Both the position numbers and the translations under genes were made by a program. From a virus, in the IMG/VR virus record IMGVR_UViG_3300029286_002355, positions 32,001 to 96,000 of that record: a DNA stretch of 64,000 nucleotides; one strand, written 5' to 3'. Below, in pieces: positions 8,091 to 17,999 of the stretch (the first letter of the stretch is position 1; each line of letters begins with the position of its first letter). The notes under the pieces were generated by a model that made no database searches, was not told where the DNA came from, and was given only the letters and a program-made list of their open reading frames with translations.

Positions 8091-9406
8091 CTCCTTTCTT
8101 TAACTTTCTACTATTATACATCTTTAATTCCTGAAATGCAAGAAAATAATCAAAGAAATAAAGAGGAAAAGACTAAATAGTTATAGAAGAACATAATATA
8201 TGAATATCTTAACGTATAATATAAAACTTGAACCGAAAGATAAGGAAGAATATGATCTTCTTTATTCTACACTACTTGAACACCAGAAGGTTTGGAATTA
8301 TATGTCAGAATACGTTTTTAAGTCAAAGAACGTAGATAAACGATTAATCCACGACAAAAATTACCATAAGTGCAGAAAACTGTTTCCCGATTGTCCTTCC
8401 CAAATAATAATTAGAGCCAAGGATTCTGTATTTTCTACCTATAAAACTATTCAATCTAATCATCACAAATTAGAAAAGCCAGCAAAACAAGAAAATCTCT
8501 CTGTTAGGCTTGACAAAAGAATATATACGTTCTTTCCTAATAATAAAATCAAACTAACTACGACAGGAAAAAGAATAATGTGCTCTTACGTTCCCTATTC
8601 TAAATTTCAAGAGATGTTCAATAGATATGCCGTATGTGATCCACTTTTGTTTTTTAAAGACAATCAGTTTTGGCTTTCTGTTTCTTTTGAGGTTAATACC
8701 CCAACTCTTATAGAAAATAGCTGTATTGGAGTGGATTTAGGTATTAAACGGTTTGCAACAACCTCTGAGGGAATTTCTTTTATAGATAGAACGTTCCTTA
8801 AAGAAAAAAGAAAATTGAGATATCTAAAGCGAATCTTACAGTCAAAATCCAAATCTACCTTTTCTCGTTCTGCTCAAAGAAAACTAAAGAACCTTAAGAA
8901 AAGAGAACAAAATAAGAATAAAAATCAAACTCATCTCATTGCTAACAAAATTCTAAACACTAAGTCTAATGTTATTGTTATGGAAGATTTAAGTGGAATT
9001 AAATCTTCTAATAAAGGTAAGAAATTTAATAACAGACAATCTCAAGTTCCTTATTTTGATTTAAGAAGGATACTAACATACAAGGCACTATTGCAAGGAA
9101 AAACAATAGTAACGGTTGACCCTGCTTATACCTCTAAAGATGACTATACTGGTCTTGAACGAGGAATAAGAAGTGGATGCAGATATTACACCTCAGACGG
9201 CAGAGTTTATGATGCAGATTGGAATGCTGCTATAAATATTGCTCAACGTTATTCTATAAGAAAAAGAGTAAAAGGTGTAAAACTCCCTGTTTCGTTTAAT
9301 ATACCTATTGATGGTAAATTAAACCTTATAGGCAAGCCACATCAACTGGCTAATCGTGAGATAAGGTCTCGCAAACCCAATGATCTTTAGTCATTGGGTA
9401 GTTGAT
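8024..9406 (+). mobile_element. IS200/IS605-family tnpB-only element 1
   Basis: LE hairpin GAGCGGAAACCCCGACATCTTTAGTGTGGGGG..GTAAGCGA after TTCAT (8019-8023); RE hairpin CAAACCCAATGA-TCTTTAG-TCATTGGGTAGTTGAT (9372-9406); no tnpA. Confidence 0.85.
8200..9390 (+). CDS. tnpB: RNA-guided endonuclease TnpB (lacks the C-terminal Zn-finger cysteines)
   Basis: RuvC-I IGVDLG, RuvC-II IVMEDL, VDPAYTSK, RuvC-III DADWNAAINI. Confidence 0.9.
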   Translation: MNILTYNIKLEPKDKEEYDLLYSTLLEHQKVWNYMSEYVFKSKNVDKRLIHDKNYHKCRKLFPDCPSQIIIRAKDSVFSTYKTIQSNHHKLEKPAKQENLSVRLDKRIYTFFPNNKIKLTTTGKRIMCSYVPYSKFQEMFNRYAVCDPLLFFKDNQFWLSVSFEVNTPTLIENSCIGVDLGIKRFATTSEGISFIDRTFLKEKRKLRYLKRILQSKSKSTFSRSAQRKLKNLKKREQNKNKNQTHLIANKILNTKSNVIVMEDLSGIKSSNKGKKFNNRQSQVPYFDLRRILTYKALLQGKTIVTVDPAYTSKDDYTGLERGIRSGCRYYTSDGRVYDADWNAAINIAQRYSIRKRVKGVKLPVSFNIPIDGKLNLIGKPHQLANREIRSRKPNDL

Positions 9407-10137
9407 TATGCCCCCTTGAATAACCGATCTGATAAATACGATGACAAACTAGCATACTTAATAGCCGACTCTGTTTTGGCAATATTGTAAAACACCCTTC
9501 TAAGAGTAAAAGTAACATTATCGCCAAAATCAAAAATACCATAACAAGCCCTGCAATCTCCGTCTCTGGGTTGTCCTACACTTCCAACATTTACAATAAA
9601 CTTTTGGTCTTTATCTAGAACCATATCATCTGTCAAGAATTCATATAGTCCATTTTTACTTCCAAAAACAAATGGATTGTGCGTATGTCCAACCAAACAT
9701 ATTCTAGACGGAGTTATTTTCAGTTCTTCCCTTGCCTTGTGTTTGGCATCTATATAATTCCATAGAGAAGGTTCTGAAAAAGATCCATGACATAAAACCA
9801 TATCCAATTCAGGAATATTTATGGTATGTGGAAGATTGGCTATAGCTTTTATTGCTTCTTCGCTAAGATTTTTTCTCGCATAACGAACCCCCTCAATGGC
9901 ATAAAGATTCAATTCTTTCTCCATAACGGCATTACAAACGCATTCTTCGTGATTTCCCTTGATCATTTTCTGGCAAAGAGAAGAGACAATACCCAAACAT
10001 TTAAGTGGATCTGGCCCATATCCTACAACATCTCCAAGACAATAAACTACGCCAATATCTTGTGACTTTAGATCCTCTACAACAGCCTGTAAAGCTTCCA
10101 AGTTTCCATGAATGTCAGATATGATGGCTATTTTCAT
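9406..10137 (-). CDS. Metallophosphoesterase (calcineurin-like)
   Basis: SDIHGN, LGDVVGYG, GNHE, GHTH, NVGSVGQPRDGD. Confidence 0.92.
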   Translation of the reverse strand: MKIAIISDIHGNLEALQAVVEDLKSQDIGVVYCLGDVVGYGPDPLKCLGIVSSLCQKMIKGNHEECVCNAVMEKELNLYAIEGVRYARKNLSEEAIKAIANLPHTINIPELDMVLCHGSFSEPSLWNYIDAKHKAREELKITPSRICLVGHTHNPFVFGSKNGLYEFLTDDMVLDKDQKFIVNVGSVGQPRDGDCRACYGIFDFGDNVTFTLRRVFYNIAKTESAIKYASLSSYLSDRLFKGA

Positions 10138-10901
10138 TTGACGACAACTCCCTTCAAGAAATTTACGGGTTTTGGGTATTCCATATTGAGCATGGTCATT
10201 TCTTTAACCGTAATTTTTGCAATGAGTAAATTTCTATACCACTGAGAGTTTGATGGAATAATTTGCCAATATTTAGTATTAGTTGCATTGATAACTTGAT
10301 CGTATGCATCTATATATTTGTCCCACAGAAGTCTTTCTTTAAGGTCTGCTTCTGATATTTTCCAGTTTTTAGCTGGGTCATCAATTCTCTCCTGAAGCCT
10401 TTCCCTTTGTTTCTCTTTGGATATATGCAGGAAAAACTTTAAAATTGTGGTTCCTTGCCGCCACAACATATCTTCAAAAGTGTTAATATATCTATATCTG
10501 TCTCGAATTTCATCATTCCCTACTAATTCATGAACCTTGGGGAACAGAACATCCTCATAATAACTTCTATTAAAAATAACAATTTCTCCTTTGGCCGGAA
10601 CTTGTTTATGTATTCTCCACAAAAAGTCATGATCAGATTCCTCTTGGGTTGGAGTTTTAAACGAAACTACCCTTACCCCTTGAGGATTAAAACCGCTAAA
10701 GGAATGGCGAATAACTCCATCTTTACCCGAAGCATCCATACCCTGCAAAACAATTAAAATACTATGTTGGTGTCCTGCATATAACAACTCTTGTAATTTA
10801 GACAATTCTTCCTGAACCATAACCATTTCTTTTATGGCTTCTTCTTTTTGGCCTTTTTTGAAAGCAGGGTCTATGTTTTTAAGATTCATTTTATCAATCA
10901 A
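10134..10901 (-). CDS. ppk2: Polyphosphate kinase 2 family protein
   Basis: LQGMDASGKDG, FKTPT.EE..HDFLWR, IFNRSYYEDVL. Confidence 0.93.
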   Translation of the reverse strand: MIDKMNLKNIDPAFKKGQKEEAIKEMVMVQEELSKLQELLYAGHQHSILIVLQGMDASGKDGVIRHSFSGFNPQGVRVVSFKTPTQEESDHDFLWRIHKQVPAKGEIVIFNRSYYEDVLFPKVHELVGNDEIRDRYRYINTFEDMLWRQGTTILKFFLHISKEKQRERLQERIDDPAKNWKISEADLKERLLWDKYIDAYDQVINATNTKYWQIIPSNSQWYRNLLIAKITVKEMTMLNMEYPKPVNFLKGVVVK

Positions 10902-11628
10902 AAGTAAGTGTTTCTGGCATCTTCCGCTTGTGTTCGGAGTTTTTTATCCTTCTCATAATATTACTAACTTTATCTTCGCCTAAATTTAACTTTAAGTCAT
11001 GCAGTTGCCCCTGAACCCTTCCTGTCAGTAGTTTTAGAATATTATCCATTTCACTATAGGGCATCCCAATTTCGCTTTCATCGGTTTGCCCAGCCCACAA
11101 TTCCGCAGAAGGAGGCTTGTTAAGAATGCTTGGTGGGAAGTTCGGATAAGTTTTGGCAACTTCCCATACTTCGGTTTTGAATAAGCCGCCAATAGGTTCT
11201 ACATCACATCCACCATCGCCATACTTAGTAAAATATCCAAGCATCATTTCTGTTCTATTACTCGTACCAATAACCAAACCATTATTTTCAGAAGCTAGTC
11301 CGTAAAGAATAGCCATGCGAACTCTTGCTCTGGTATTTCCCATGGTTAGACGGTTGGTAAAACCAAATCCGTCCACAATCAACTTAATGTTTGTACATCC
11401 ATAATTGGGAAGTTCTAGGATCGAAGCCACTTTATCTGCATCACCGGTTGATTGATCGCCATAAGGCATTGTTCTTGCAAAAATTTTATCTTTACCCAAA
11501 GCTTCAACGCAGAGAAATGTAATAAGGGCAGAGTCCACCCCACCCGATTCCCCTATAATAGCGTTTCGTCCATTCATAAAAGAACGTATTTTTTCAACCA
11601 AATTGGCTCTGACTTTTATATAATCCAT
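10894..11628 (-). CDS. nadE: NH3-dependent NAD+ synthetase
   Basis: SGGVDSA, GNTRARVRM, GTSNRTE..LGYFTKYGDGG, PSAELWAGQTDE. Confidence 0.95.
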   Translation of the reverse strand: MDYIKVRANLVEKIRSFMNGRNAIIGESGGVDSALITFLCVEALGKDKIFARTMPYGDQSTGDADKVASILELPNYGCTNIKLIVDGFGFTNRLTMGNTRARVRMAILYGLASENNGLVIGTSNRTEMMLGYFTKYGDGGCDVEPIGGLFKTEVWEVAKTYPNFPPSILNKPPSAELWAGQTDESEIGMPYSEMDNILKLLTGRVQGQLHDLKLNLGEDKVSNIMRRIKNSEHKRKMPETLTFD

Positions 11629-11652
11629 TGTTATCTCCTTGTCTTTCTTTAC

Positions 11653-11680
11653 ATTGTATTTGATTCGGAAAATAAATCAA
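11653..11680 (-). promoter_or_regulatory. sigma70-type promoter for the nadE-ppk2-phosphoesterase run
   Basis: TTGATT-16-TACAAT. Confidence 0.55.
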
Positions 11681-12418
11681 TCATTTTTTACAAATATAAA
11701 TCAGGGATGATTCTTCCCCTACCGTTATGTTCATATTCACTACATCCGAAAAAACCTCCCTTAATACCACTTCGAGCCTTTCTTCCGGAATCCAAAGAAA
11801 CGAAGTATGGTGCGGCTCATGTCCTTCTACATAAACAGACCGATGAATGAAACCGTTAGCATCCAAACAATGTATCTCCACATACTCTTTACCATTTGCT
11901 TTGAAAGTTCTAGTTACAGGCTTTTCGCTTGGGGTCTCAGGGAAAGTGCTGAATACGAATTTAGAATTTTTTGTCATTGATCTTTTAAGAAGAAGCAGGT
12001 TGTCTTTATCGAACCAATAGTTGATACCCTGTTGACAAATGACCGCATCATAAGTATCGGCATAAGCATAATACTTTAGGAAGCTGTGGGTAGAACCATT
12101 AAAAAGAAGGACTTCCCTATCATAGTCGTTAGAGCAAGAAAGCAAGTTCCCATCTTTATTAAAACCTCTTTTGTTAAATCCTATTTTTTGTGGTATTTCG
12201 TAGATATGTGGGTTGGTATCTACGCCGGTTACAGAATAGGCTCCCATTTCAACAGCTTCTTTAATCCCGTTCCCATTGACGCCACAACAAAGTTCTAATA
12301 CCATTTTTTTATCTATGGGGATAGCAAACGCCAAGAGTTCTCTGGGGGTTTTTTCGACAAGATGAGGATATAAAATCGCATATTCGTCACTTGCCATTTT
12401 AAATTTTGGTTCCGACAT
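11681..12418 (-). CDS. Class I SAM-dependent methyltransferase
   Basis: VLELCCG...VTGVD motif I/II; DAVICQQG. Confidence 0.75.
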   Translation of the reverse strand: MSEPKFKMASDEYAILYPHLVEKTPRELLAFAIPIDKKMVLELCCGVNGNGIKEAVEMGAYSVTGVDTNPHIYEIPQKIGFNKRGFNKDGNLLSCSNDYDREVLLFNGSTHSFLKYYAYADTYDAVICQQGINYWFDKDNLLLLKRSMTKNSKFVFSTFPETPSEKPVTRTFKANGKEYVEIHCLDANGFIHRSVYVEGHEPHHTSFLWIPEERLEVVLREVFSDVVNMNITVGEESSLIYICKK

Positions 12419-12428
12419 ATTTATCCTT

Positions 12429-14111
12429 TCATTTTTTCATCTTTACAGAATACAATTTCTTCCCATCGGTATAATACATTCCACCCGAAACATTAAACAT
12501 TCTATCAGAGGCACCAAAAGGAGGATTATCAATAACCTTTACGTTCTCCCCCTTAAATACTTCAACATTGGAATCGCTTACCAAAACAGCAACCCCATTA
12601 GGCATAACGGTTAAATTCATATTACAGTAAGATACATCGTGGGTTATTCTAATGGTATATTTTGCATAGGAAGGATCAAATGACAACACCAGTCTAGTAT
12701 ACTCTCCCTTCTTTTCTGCAATAATAGCACATACGTTTCTTTCCGATCTAGCATCAATAATCCGAAGACCATCCAATTCCTTAACATGAATACTTTGGCA
12801 AGAACCTTTTACATAAGGAATGGTTACATATTTTTTCCCTAGCAAATCCTGTATGATTACTCCATCAAAAACTTGGGTAGAAAGATCCATAACCGAAAGA
12901 GCCATGCGTGTTCCATGCACCGTCTTTTCTCCAAATCGAGTAAAACTATTTTCAATTAATTTGCCATCAAAAACGGTGTAAATGCATCCGTTTCGATACA
13001 TCATATCTTCTGCCGCAATCTTCCCTACGTCTTTTCCGTTATCGTCAAAAATAGAAACTATTCCGTCCTTAAGAATACAAACCACAGGAGCTACCCCATT
13101 CGATTCGCACATAAGAACCTTCTTTGCGTCGTCAATGATAACAGGAAGTTTAGCTCTACCCTTATAAATATTTTTCTTGCCAATTAAGAAGTTGATACCC
13201 ATGAAATTGAAAACGTTCAAAATGACTTCGGGACATTCTTCCGAAAGAACCGTGATGAATGCATCTGTAGCCGATATGATATTGAAAGTATGTGGAATAG
13301 CTACCGAAACAATATCTCCCATGCTAGGCGGGGAACATCGGGCATTGTCAACGAAAACTTGCTTAAGCCATTTTAAATGACTACTTGGAATAATGGAAAA
13401 ATCATTACAGGATTTGGGGAGAGAAACTTTGGGATCAAAAATAGAGATGCCCTTTTCCATTCTCTTCAACCACTCGCTATTTTTGTAATCAGGATGAGAA
13501 CCTTTAAATGGATGAATTCCCACCCACAATTGAGTAGCTAAGACAGCAAAAGAGAACCAATCGCTTCCTTCATTCCATTTGTTAGCCTTAATGGTTCTGT
13601 CACGAATACTCTCCATGATTGCCGTAGCTCTAAAAGATGGGGTTTGATAAGAATCTACATCAATAAAAAATACATCATCAAATTTCTTAGCAACCAATTC
13701 GTTCATTTCGTTAAGGTCTACTATAAGACAATTCGCATCATGAATGGACTGAACGACCACTTGCATTTGAGATATCAATTCGTTTACCTGCTCATTACTT
13801 ATGTTATTTTGCTGTTTGAAACTATTGGTAAATAGTTGGCAGAGAGGGTAAGAGCCCTTCTTAAACTCCAAAGCATATCCGACAGGTTTATTGTCTTCAT
13901 AAACAATAGCTAATGGGATAAGAACATTAGGGTGTTTGATTTGCTTTAATTCATCAATTTTTTGAGAAGGAAGCATTTGTTGTGGGTCATTGTAAATCTT
14001 GTATGCAGTTTTATCTTTGACGTAGATAGAAGCTTCTCCACCGCTTGCTAGGTAGTCATTATCGGTAAGGGTTATCTTCCCCATCCCTTCAACTGTATAA
14101 GTAGTCTTCAT
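12429..14111 (-). CDS. Ser/Thr protein kinase-like protein (TerY-P kinase type)
   Basis: LASGGEASIY, AYKIY, LIVDLNEMN, FIDVDSYQ, SDWFSFAV..QLWVGIHPFKG; long beta-rich C-terminus. Confidence 0.85.
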   Translation of the reverse strand: MKTTYTVEGMGKITLTDNDYLASGGEASIYVKDKTAYKIYNDPQQMLPSQKIDELKQIKHPNVLIPLAIVYEDNKPVGYALEFKKGSYPLCQLFTNSFKQQNNISNEQVNELISQMQVVVQSIHDANCLIVDLNEMNELVAKKFDDVFFIDVDSYQTPSFRATAIMESIRDRTIKANKWNEGSDWFSFAVLATQLWVGIHPFKGSHPDYKNSEWLKRMEKGISIFDPKVSLPKSCNDFSIIPSSHLKWLKQVFVDNARCSPPSMGDIVSVAIPHTFNIISATDAFITVLSEECPEVILNVFNFMGINFLIGKKNIYKGRAKLPVIIDDAKKVLMCESNGVAPVVCILKDGIVSIFDDNGKDVGKIAAEDMMYRNGCIYTVFDGKLIENSFTRFGEKTVHGTRMALSVMDLSTQVFDGVIIQDLLGKKYVTIPYVKGSCQSIHVKELDGLRIIDARSERNVCAIIAEKKGEYTRLVLSFDPSYAKYTIRITHDVSYCNMNLTVMPNGVAVLVSDSNVEVFKGENVKVIDNPPFGASDRMFNVSGGMYYTDGKKLYSVKMKK

Positions 14112-14362
14112 TCATCTTTCTTCCAAACAATTTTATACCTTCTCACAATTGTATCTACGTCAAATGCCCTACAATCATCGCATACTCCACCAAGTTTATT
14201 TATGTTCCCAACAAGAAATATACCTATTTTTGTATCAATGAGAGTACCGGGAATATTGAGATGTCTCTTGCAAAAAGAATCTAATTCGTCCAATTCTTTT
14301 CCCTTTTCGTTTGAGTAAATAGTCCCAAAAGGTAATCCGCACTTAATCCATCCATCTTTCAT
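14108..14362 (-). CDS. Hypothetical protein
   Basis: 84-aa ORF, SD aaggagg. Confidence 0.65.
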   Translation of the reverse strand: MKDGWIKCGLPFGTIYSNEKGKELDELDSFCKRHLNIPGTLIDTKIGIFLVGNINKLGGVCDDCRAFDVDTIVRRYKIVWKKDE

Positions 14363-14371
14363 AACTCCTCC

Positions 14372-15250
14372 TTATACCACTACGGTTGCTATAGAAATGT
14401 CATCAAAATGAGACATAAGTAGTTTTTTGTGATCTTTCTGCAAAGCCTTCATCCTTCTTTGGACAAAAACCCCCGATGTATTCTTGTAAGCCACAAAGCT
14501 ATTAACAATATCTTCCGATAGGACATTATTCATTCCATTGTCAGATTGCTTTTGATAGCTTTTTACTCCATCCGACATAAGCGATATACTTTCTATATCC
14601 TTGAACGTAAATGAAGTATTGTCCCACCCTATTGAAGGATGAGGAGATAAATTAATTTGCTTGCTTGCATTTTTCCTGAGTCCATTTAGTTGTTGTAGGT
14701 TTTGACATACATCTAACATCCCACCAAATTCTTGAACATAACACGCCAACCGATTAGAATCTAAGGGATAAGATGGGTAGTAAGGTGCTCCACTTAAATA
14801 GGTTACGTCAATGATATTCAGATCCCCATTCTTGAATTTAATAGCCGCAACGCCATCTCCGAACATAAAGAGATTGGCCTTATCTTTGTCAACAACGGTC
14901 AGGAGCAATGTGCAATCGGAGAACAGGGGAGAAAGGTCAAGATGTTTTCTTACAATTTCTACCTCTTGCATAATACAATCTCTAATTTTTTCTTGCTCAC
15001 TAGAGAATTCGGTTCCTCTTTCTTTGTCAATTTCCGAAAGGGTTTTTACGACATCCGAATGCATCAATAATTTTCTTGCGGCATAGGCAACAACCCTAGC
15101 CCCTAAATCTGCTTGACCACTTATGTTATGGGATTCGGAGCAACCATCTGTAACAATGGCAAAACCAATTCCATCCTTCTCCCCTGTTAAAGCATAATCT
15201 TGACAGGATTCGTGAGAAGAACCAATTTCAAAATAGCAATCGGTTTTCAT
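14372..15250 (-). CDS. PP2C-like phosphatase (TerY-P type)
   Basis: SHESCQDY, IVTDGCS, LMSDGV, DDISIA acidic metal-binding motifs. Confidence 0.85.
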   Translation of the reverse strand: MKTDCYFEIGSSHESCQDYALTGEKDGIGFAIVTDGCSESHNISGQADLGARVVAYAARKLLMHSDVVKTLSEIDKERGTEFSSEQEKIRDCIMQEVEIVRKHLDLSPLFSDCTLLLTVVDKDKANLFMFGDGVAAIKFKNGDLNIIDVTYLSGAPYYPSYPLDSNRLACYVQEFGGMLDVCQNLQQLNGLRKNASKQINLSPHPSIGWDNTSFTFKDIESISLMSDGVKSYQKQSDNGMNNVLSEDIVNSFVAYKNTSGVFVQRRMKALQKDHKKLLMSHFDDISIATVVV

Positions 15251-15657
15251 ATTTGTTTTACCCGATATTCAGGGAAGGGTTTTGCGCCACGGAATTTTTC
15301 AACAACAATATCGACATGCGGAGCTTTGTTAATAAGAACCAACACAAATCCACCTATTTTGACTACAGAATAAGAGTATCTGAAGTTAATGACGCTAAGT
15401 AGTTCTCTTTTGAGTGTAGGGCCAAAATCAAAAGCCTTTATCTTTCCGTCTGAGGCATCAATAACATTTGACCTATAGCGAATATGTCCTTTGGCGTTAT
15501 CTTTCTCGCAACATGGACAACCTTTAAAATGTTTTTGATAGGTAACAACAGGACTATCGGGAAGGATACGAATTTTTACAGGTTCTCCATCTTGCAGCTT
15601 AATGAATTCGAGTTTTGTTGGCCCCAAATAATCTTTCATTTTATCATATATTAGCAT
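15247..15657 (-). CDS. Hypothetical protein, resembles gp32-type ssDNA-binding OB fold
   Basis: KIRILP, CPCC, RYRSNVID...KAFDFG pattern; resemblance only. Confidence 0.45.
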   Translation of the reverse strand: MLIYDKMKDYLGPTKLEFIKLQDGEPVKIRILPDSPVVTYQKHFKGCPCCEKDNAKGHIRYRSNVIDASDGKIKAFDFGPTLKRELLSVINFRYSYSVVKIGGFVLVLINKAPHVDIVVEKFRGAKPFPEYRVKQI

Positions 15658-15675
15658 ACGTCCTTTCTAAGACAA

Positions 15676-15701
15676 AGGGCGAGATATTCCATCCCGCCCT
15701 C
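15676..15701 (-). terminator. Hairpin, possible intrinsic terminator
   Basis: AGGGCGGGAU/AUCUCGCCCU stem followed by UUGUCUU. Confidence 0.45.
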
Positions 15702-15729
15702 CACTTACAAATCAATTGCCCAATACAAA

Positions 15730-16068
15730 CTATTCCAAACAAGTAACGGAATCTGCAACATAAGTTCCGGGAGGAGCAACTTCAATATCTGACTTGCACA
15801 AAGTATTTTCCCATAAATACTTTATGCCACCCAAATATTTTGCGATACGTTTTTGTTTTCGTGGATTTTTTGCAATACATTTTACAACCAATATATCTGT
15901 GTATTGAGAAGCAAAAGCAGTGGCATCTTTTTTTTCTTTAAAAAAGAATAGTTTTGATCCTATTAGAGATGGAAACACTTCAACATTAACAGGATAGGTT
16001 AGAGCAAAGTAGTTTCCATATGAACTAATAGAATCTCTTCGGTTGTTAAGAACTTTCCATCCATTCAT
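15730..16068 (-). CDS. Phage paralog family A, copy 1
   Basis: GWKVL...YPVNVEVFPSLIGSKLFFF...VKCIAKNP...GTYVADSVTCL. Confidence 0.8.
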   Translation of the reverse strand: MNGWKVLNNRRDSISSYGNYFALTYPVNVEVFPSLIGSKLFFFKEKKDATAFASQYTDILVVKCIAKNPRKQKRIAKYLGGIKYLWENTLCKSDIEVAPPGTYVADSVTCLE

Positions 16069-16076
16069 ATTTCACC

Positions 16077-16853
16077 TTAGAACGTAAGTTTAGATGAAGC
16101 TACCGTTGACGTTCCCGAAGCAAGAGCCTGAGACGTAGAAGAAATACTACGACTGATATATCCTGCCAATTTAGCCAAGGTCTTTTCAGGAGATGTCTTT
16201 TGGAACAAATCCGTCAAATCAACAAACTGAGTGATATCCGCATCCTTTCTGAAATCGTCCAAATAAACAACGGTACTGTTATCGCTATATCCAACCCCAA
16301 CAAGAATAACAGCAATAGATTCCAGCTTTTCTTCCTTCTTAGCCTTGTCAATAGCTTTCTTACAAGTCTTAGCTGTAGCCTTACCCATATTGTTAGCCCC
16401 ATCAGTTAGAACATAGATAACTCCATTAGCGGAGTAATCCTGATCCACAAGAAGCTTTCCGTAATCCGCTGTAGCTTCAACACAAGATTGAACGGCATCG
16501 AATAAGGAAGTACAGCCACCAATTTGAACGGCATCGGTATATTCCTTTTCTTTAATGTCTGTAAGAAGCCTGAAACCGTGGACTTCTACAACCGTATCGC
16601 TAAACATAACTAGACGAAAGAGAAGATTATGTTTTCTTGGAGAGCTTTGACAAGACTTTAAAATGGTCTTCAAGCAATCTTCCAACTGTTTTCGATAGCT
16701 ACTTACCGAACCTGATACGTCAACCACCACTGTAGCTAACGTATATTCACTTGCTCCTGACAGCGAATCCAATCCAACGGCACTAAACCGATAATTGGAA
16801 GCAGTTGAAAGCTGCTGCATACTCACATTTTCATCTACAACGATATCCGGCAT
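16077..16853 (-). CDS. vWA-domain protein (TerY-like)
   Basis: MIDAS VDVSGS, GGCTSLFDA, VLTDG. Confidence 0.87.
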   Translation of the reverse strand: MPDIVVDENVSMQQLSTASNYRFSAVGLDSLSGASEYTLATVVVDVSGSVSSYRKQLEDCLKTILKSCQSSPRKHNLLFRLVMFSDTVVEVHGFRLLTDIKEKEYTDAVQIGGCTSLFDAVQSCVEATADYGKLLVDQDYSANGVIYVLTDGANNMGKATAKTCKKAIDKAKKEEKLESIAVILVGVGYSDNSTVVYLDDFRKDADITQFVDLTDLFQKTSPEKTLAKLAGYISRSISSTSQALASGTSTVASSKLTF

Positions 16854-16867
16854 ATTTCCTCCTTTAT

Positions 16868-17032
16868 TTACTCAGTTATACTTTCTTCAATTATTTTACG
16901 CCATGCTTGTTTTATTTCTTTTTGGATCGTACTATCAATTGCATCCCACTCGTTCCCTATTCCTCCACGATCAGAAATATCTTCTACGATCATGTCAACT
17001 ATATGTTTTGATATTTTTTGTTTTTTGTCCAT
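16868..17032 (-). CDS. Hypothetical protein (54 aa)
   Basis: Manual translation MDKKQKISKHIVDMIVEDISDRGGIGNEWD...; SD aaggag. Confidence 0.55.
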   Translation of the reverse strand: MDKKQKISKHIVDMIVEDISDRGGIGNEWDAIDSTIQKEIKQAWRKIIEESITE

Positions 17033-17040
17033 ATTTCTCC

Positions 17041-17262
17041 TTAAAACTCCAAGTGCATTCCACCACCACCTTTACTGGTAAGATCGATTCCTCTGAGGAT
17101 TTTGAATCCAAGGAATTTCCGATAATACAGAACCACATGATGCAAGCTTTCGTTCGGTGGCTCAAAAGAATTTCCTACAATAGGCTGTTCTCTGCTATCC
17201 CACGTAACTTCGCTACCAAACGGGCTTCGCTTTTCCACTGGATCGTAAAATCCTTTCTTCAC
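17041..17262 (-). CDS. Hypothetical protein
   Basis: 73-aa ORF, SD aggag. Confidence 0.6.
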   Translation of the reverse strand: MKKGFYDPVEKRSPFGSEVTWDSREQPIVGNSFEPPNESLHHVVLYYRKFLGFKILRGIDLTSKGGGGMHLEF

Positions 17263-17270
17263 AAATTCTC

Positions 17271-17573
17271 CTATACGGTCTTTATTAAAAGACTACAATT
17301 AGCCTGCGCCCTCTCAAAAGTAAAGGCGTGATGGGTTACGATAACTCTTAGCCCCTTTATTTTATCCAATGCGGAACTTAATAGTGTATATGCTTCATCA
17401 ATATCTTCTTTAATTGCAGGTTTTTTATCATTGCCAATTCTAACAATAATAAGCTTGCCTGATAGAGATGCTTTCTTTATGGCAACAATGTCATAAGGCT
17501 TACGTCCATCTGATTTCTGCAAAGTCTCTTCAAGCAAATTGGTTTTATTGGGCATAGTATCCTTTCGTTCCAT
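17271..17573 (-). CDS. Hypothetical protein
   Basis: 100-aa ORF. Confidence 0.65.
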   Translation of the reverse strand: MERKDTMPNKTNLLEETLQKSDGRKPYDIVAIKKASLSGKLIIVRIGNDKKPAIKEDIDEAYTLLSSALDKIKGLRVIVTHHAFTFERAQANCSLLIKTV

Positions 17574-17576
17574 TAT

Positions 17577-17990
17577 TTACTCAATAGGTTCGTCAAGTAA
17601 GTTTTTCACAACCTGTTCAACATCTATAATTCCTAATTTATCCAATGGTTTTTCTTCAAAGGACTTAGCAAGAGTGGTTAATATTCTACCTGCTTCTGCT
17701 AGTTTACCAATATAATCAGTTACCGTACCAGCAACGCCTTCATAGTGGCATCCATTAGGAGATAACCATGACCATCCATCGGGGCATTGATAGGTTGGAT
17801 CACAGGGAACTTTTTGCCAACCCATTAGAAAATGAATCTGTTCGTTAACTTCCGCTCTAGTAAGTTTTGTTGGGTTAGATCGGATACGAATTTTGATTGG
17901 TTCTGGATGCACGTTTTTTAGTCTAGCATTGACATCTTTTGTTTTCTTAACCGTTGCTTTTCTTTCTGCATCTGTAAGTCTTGTAGCCAT
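17577..17990 (-). CDS. Hypothetical protein
   Basis: 137-aa ORF, SD aaggag. Confidence 0.7.
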   Translation of the reverse strand: MATRLTDAERKATVKKTKDVNARLKNVHPEPIKIRIRSNPTKLTRAEVNEQIHFLMGWQKVPCDPTYQCPDGWSWLSPNGCHYEGVAGTVTDYIGKLAEAGRILTTLAKSFEEKPLDKLGIIDVEQVVKNLLDEPIE

Positions 17991-17999
17991 ATTTACTCC

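Noticed and set aside
8200-9406. TnpB as a Cas12f/CRISPR effector
   Set aside because: No repeat-spacer array near any of the three genes; all have IS605-type LE/RE hairpins.
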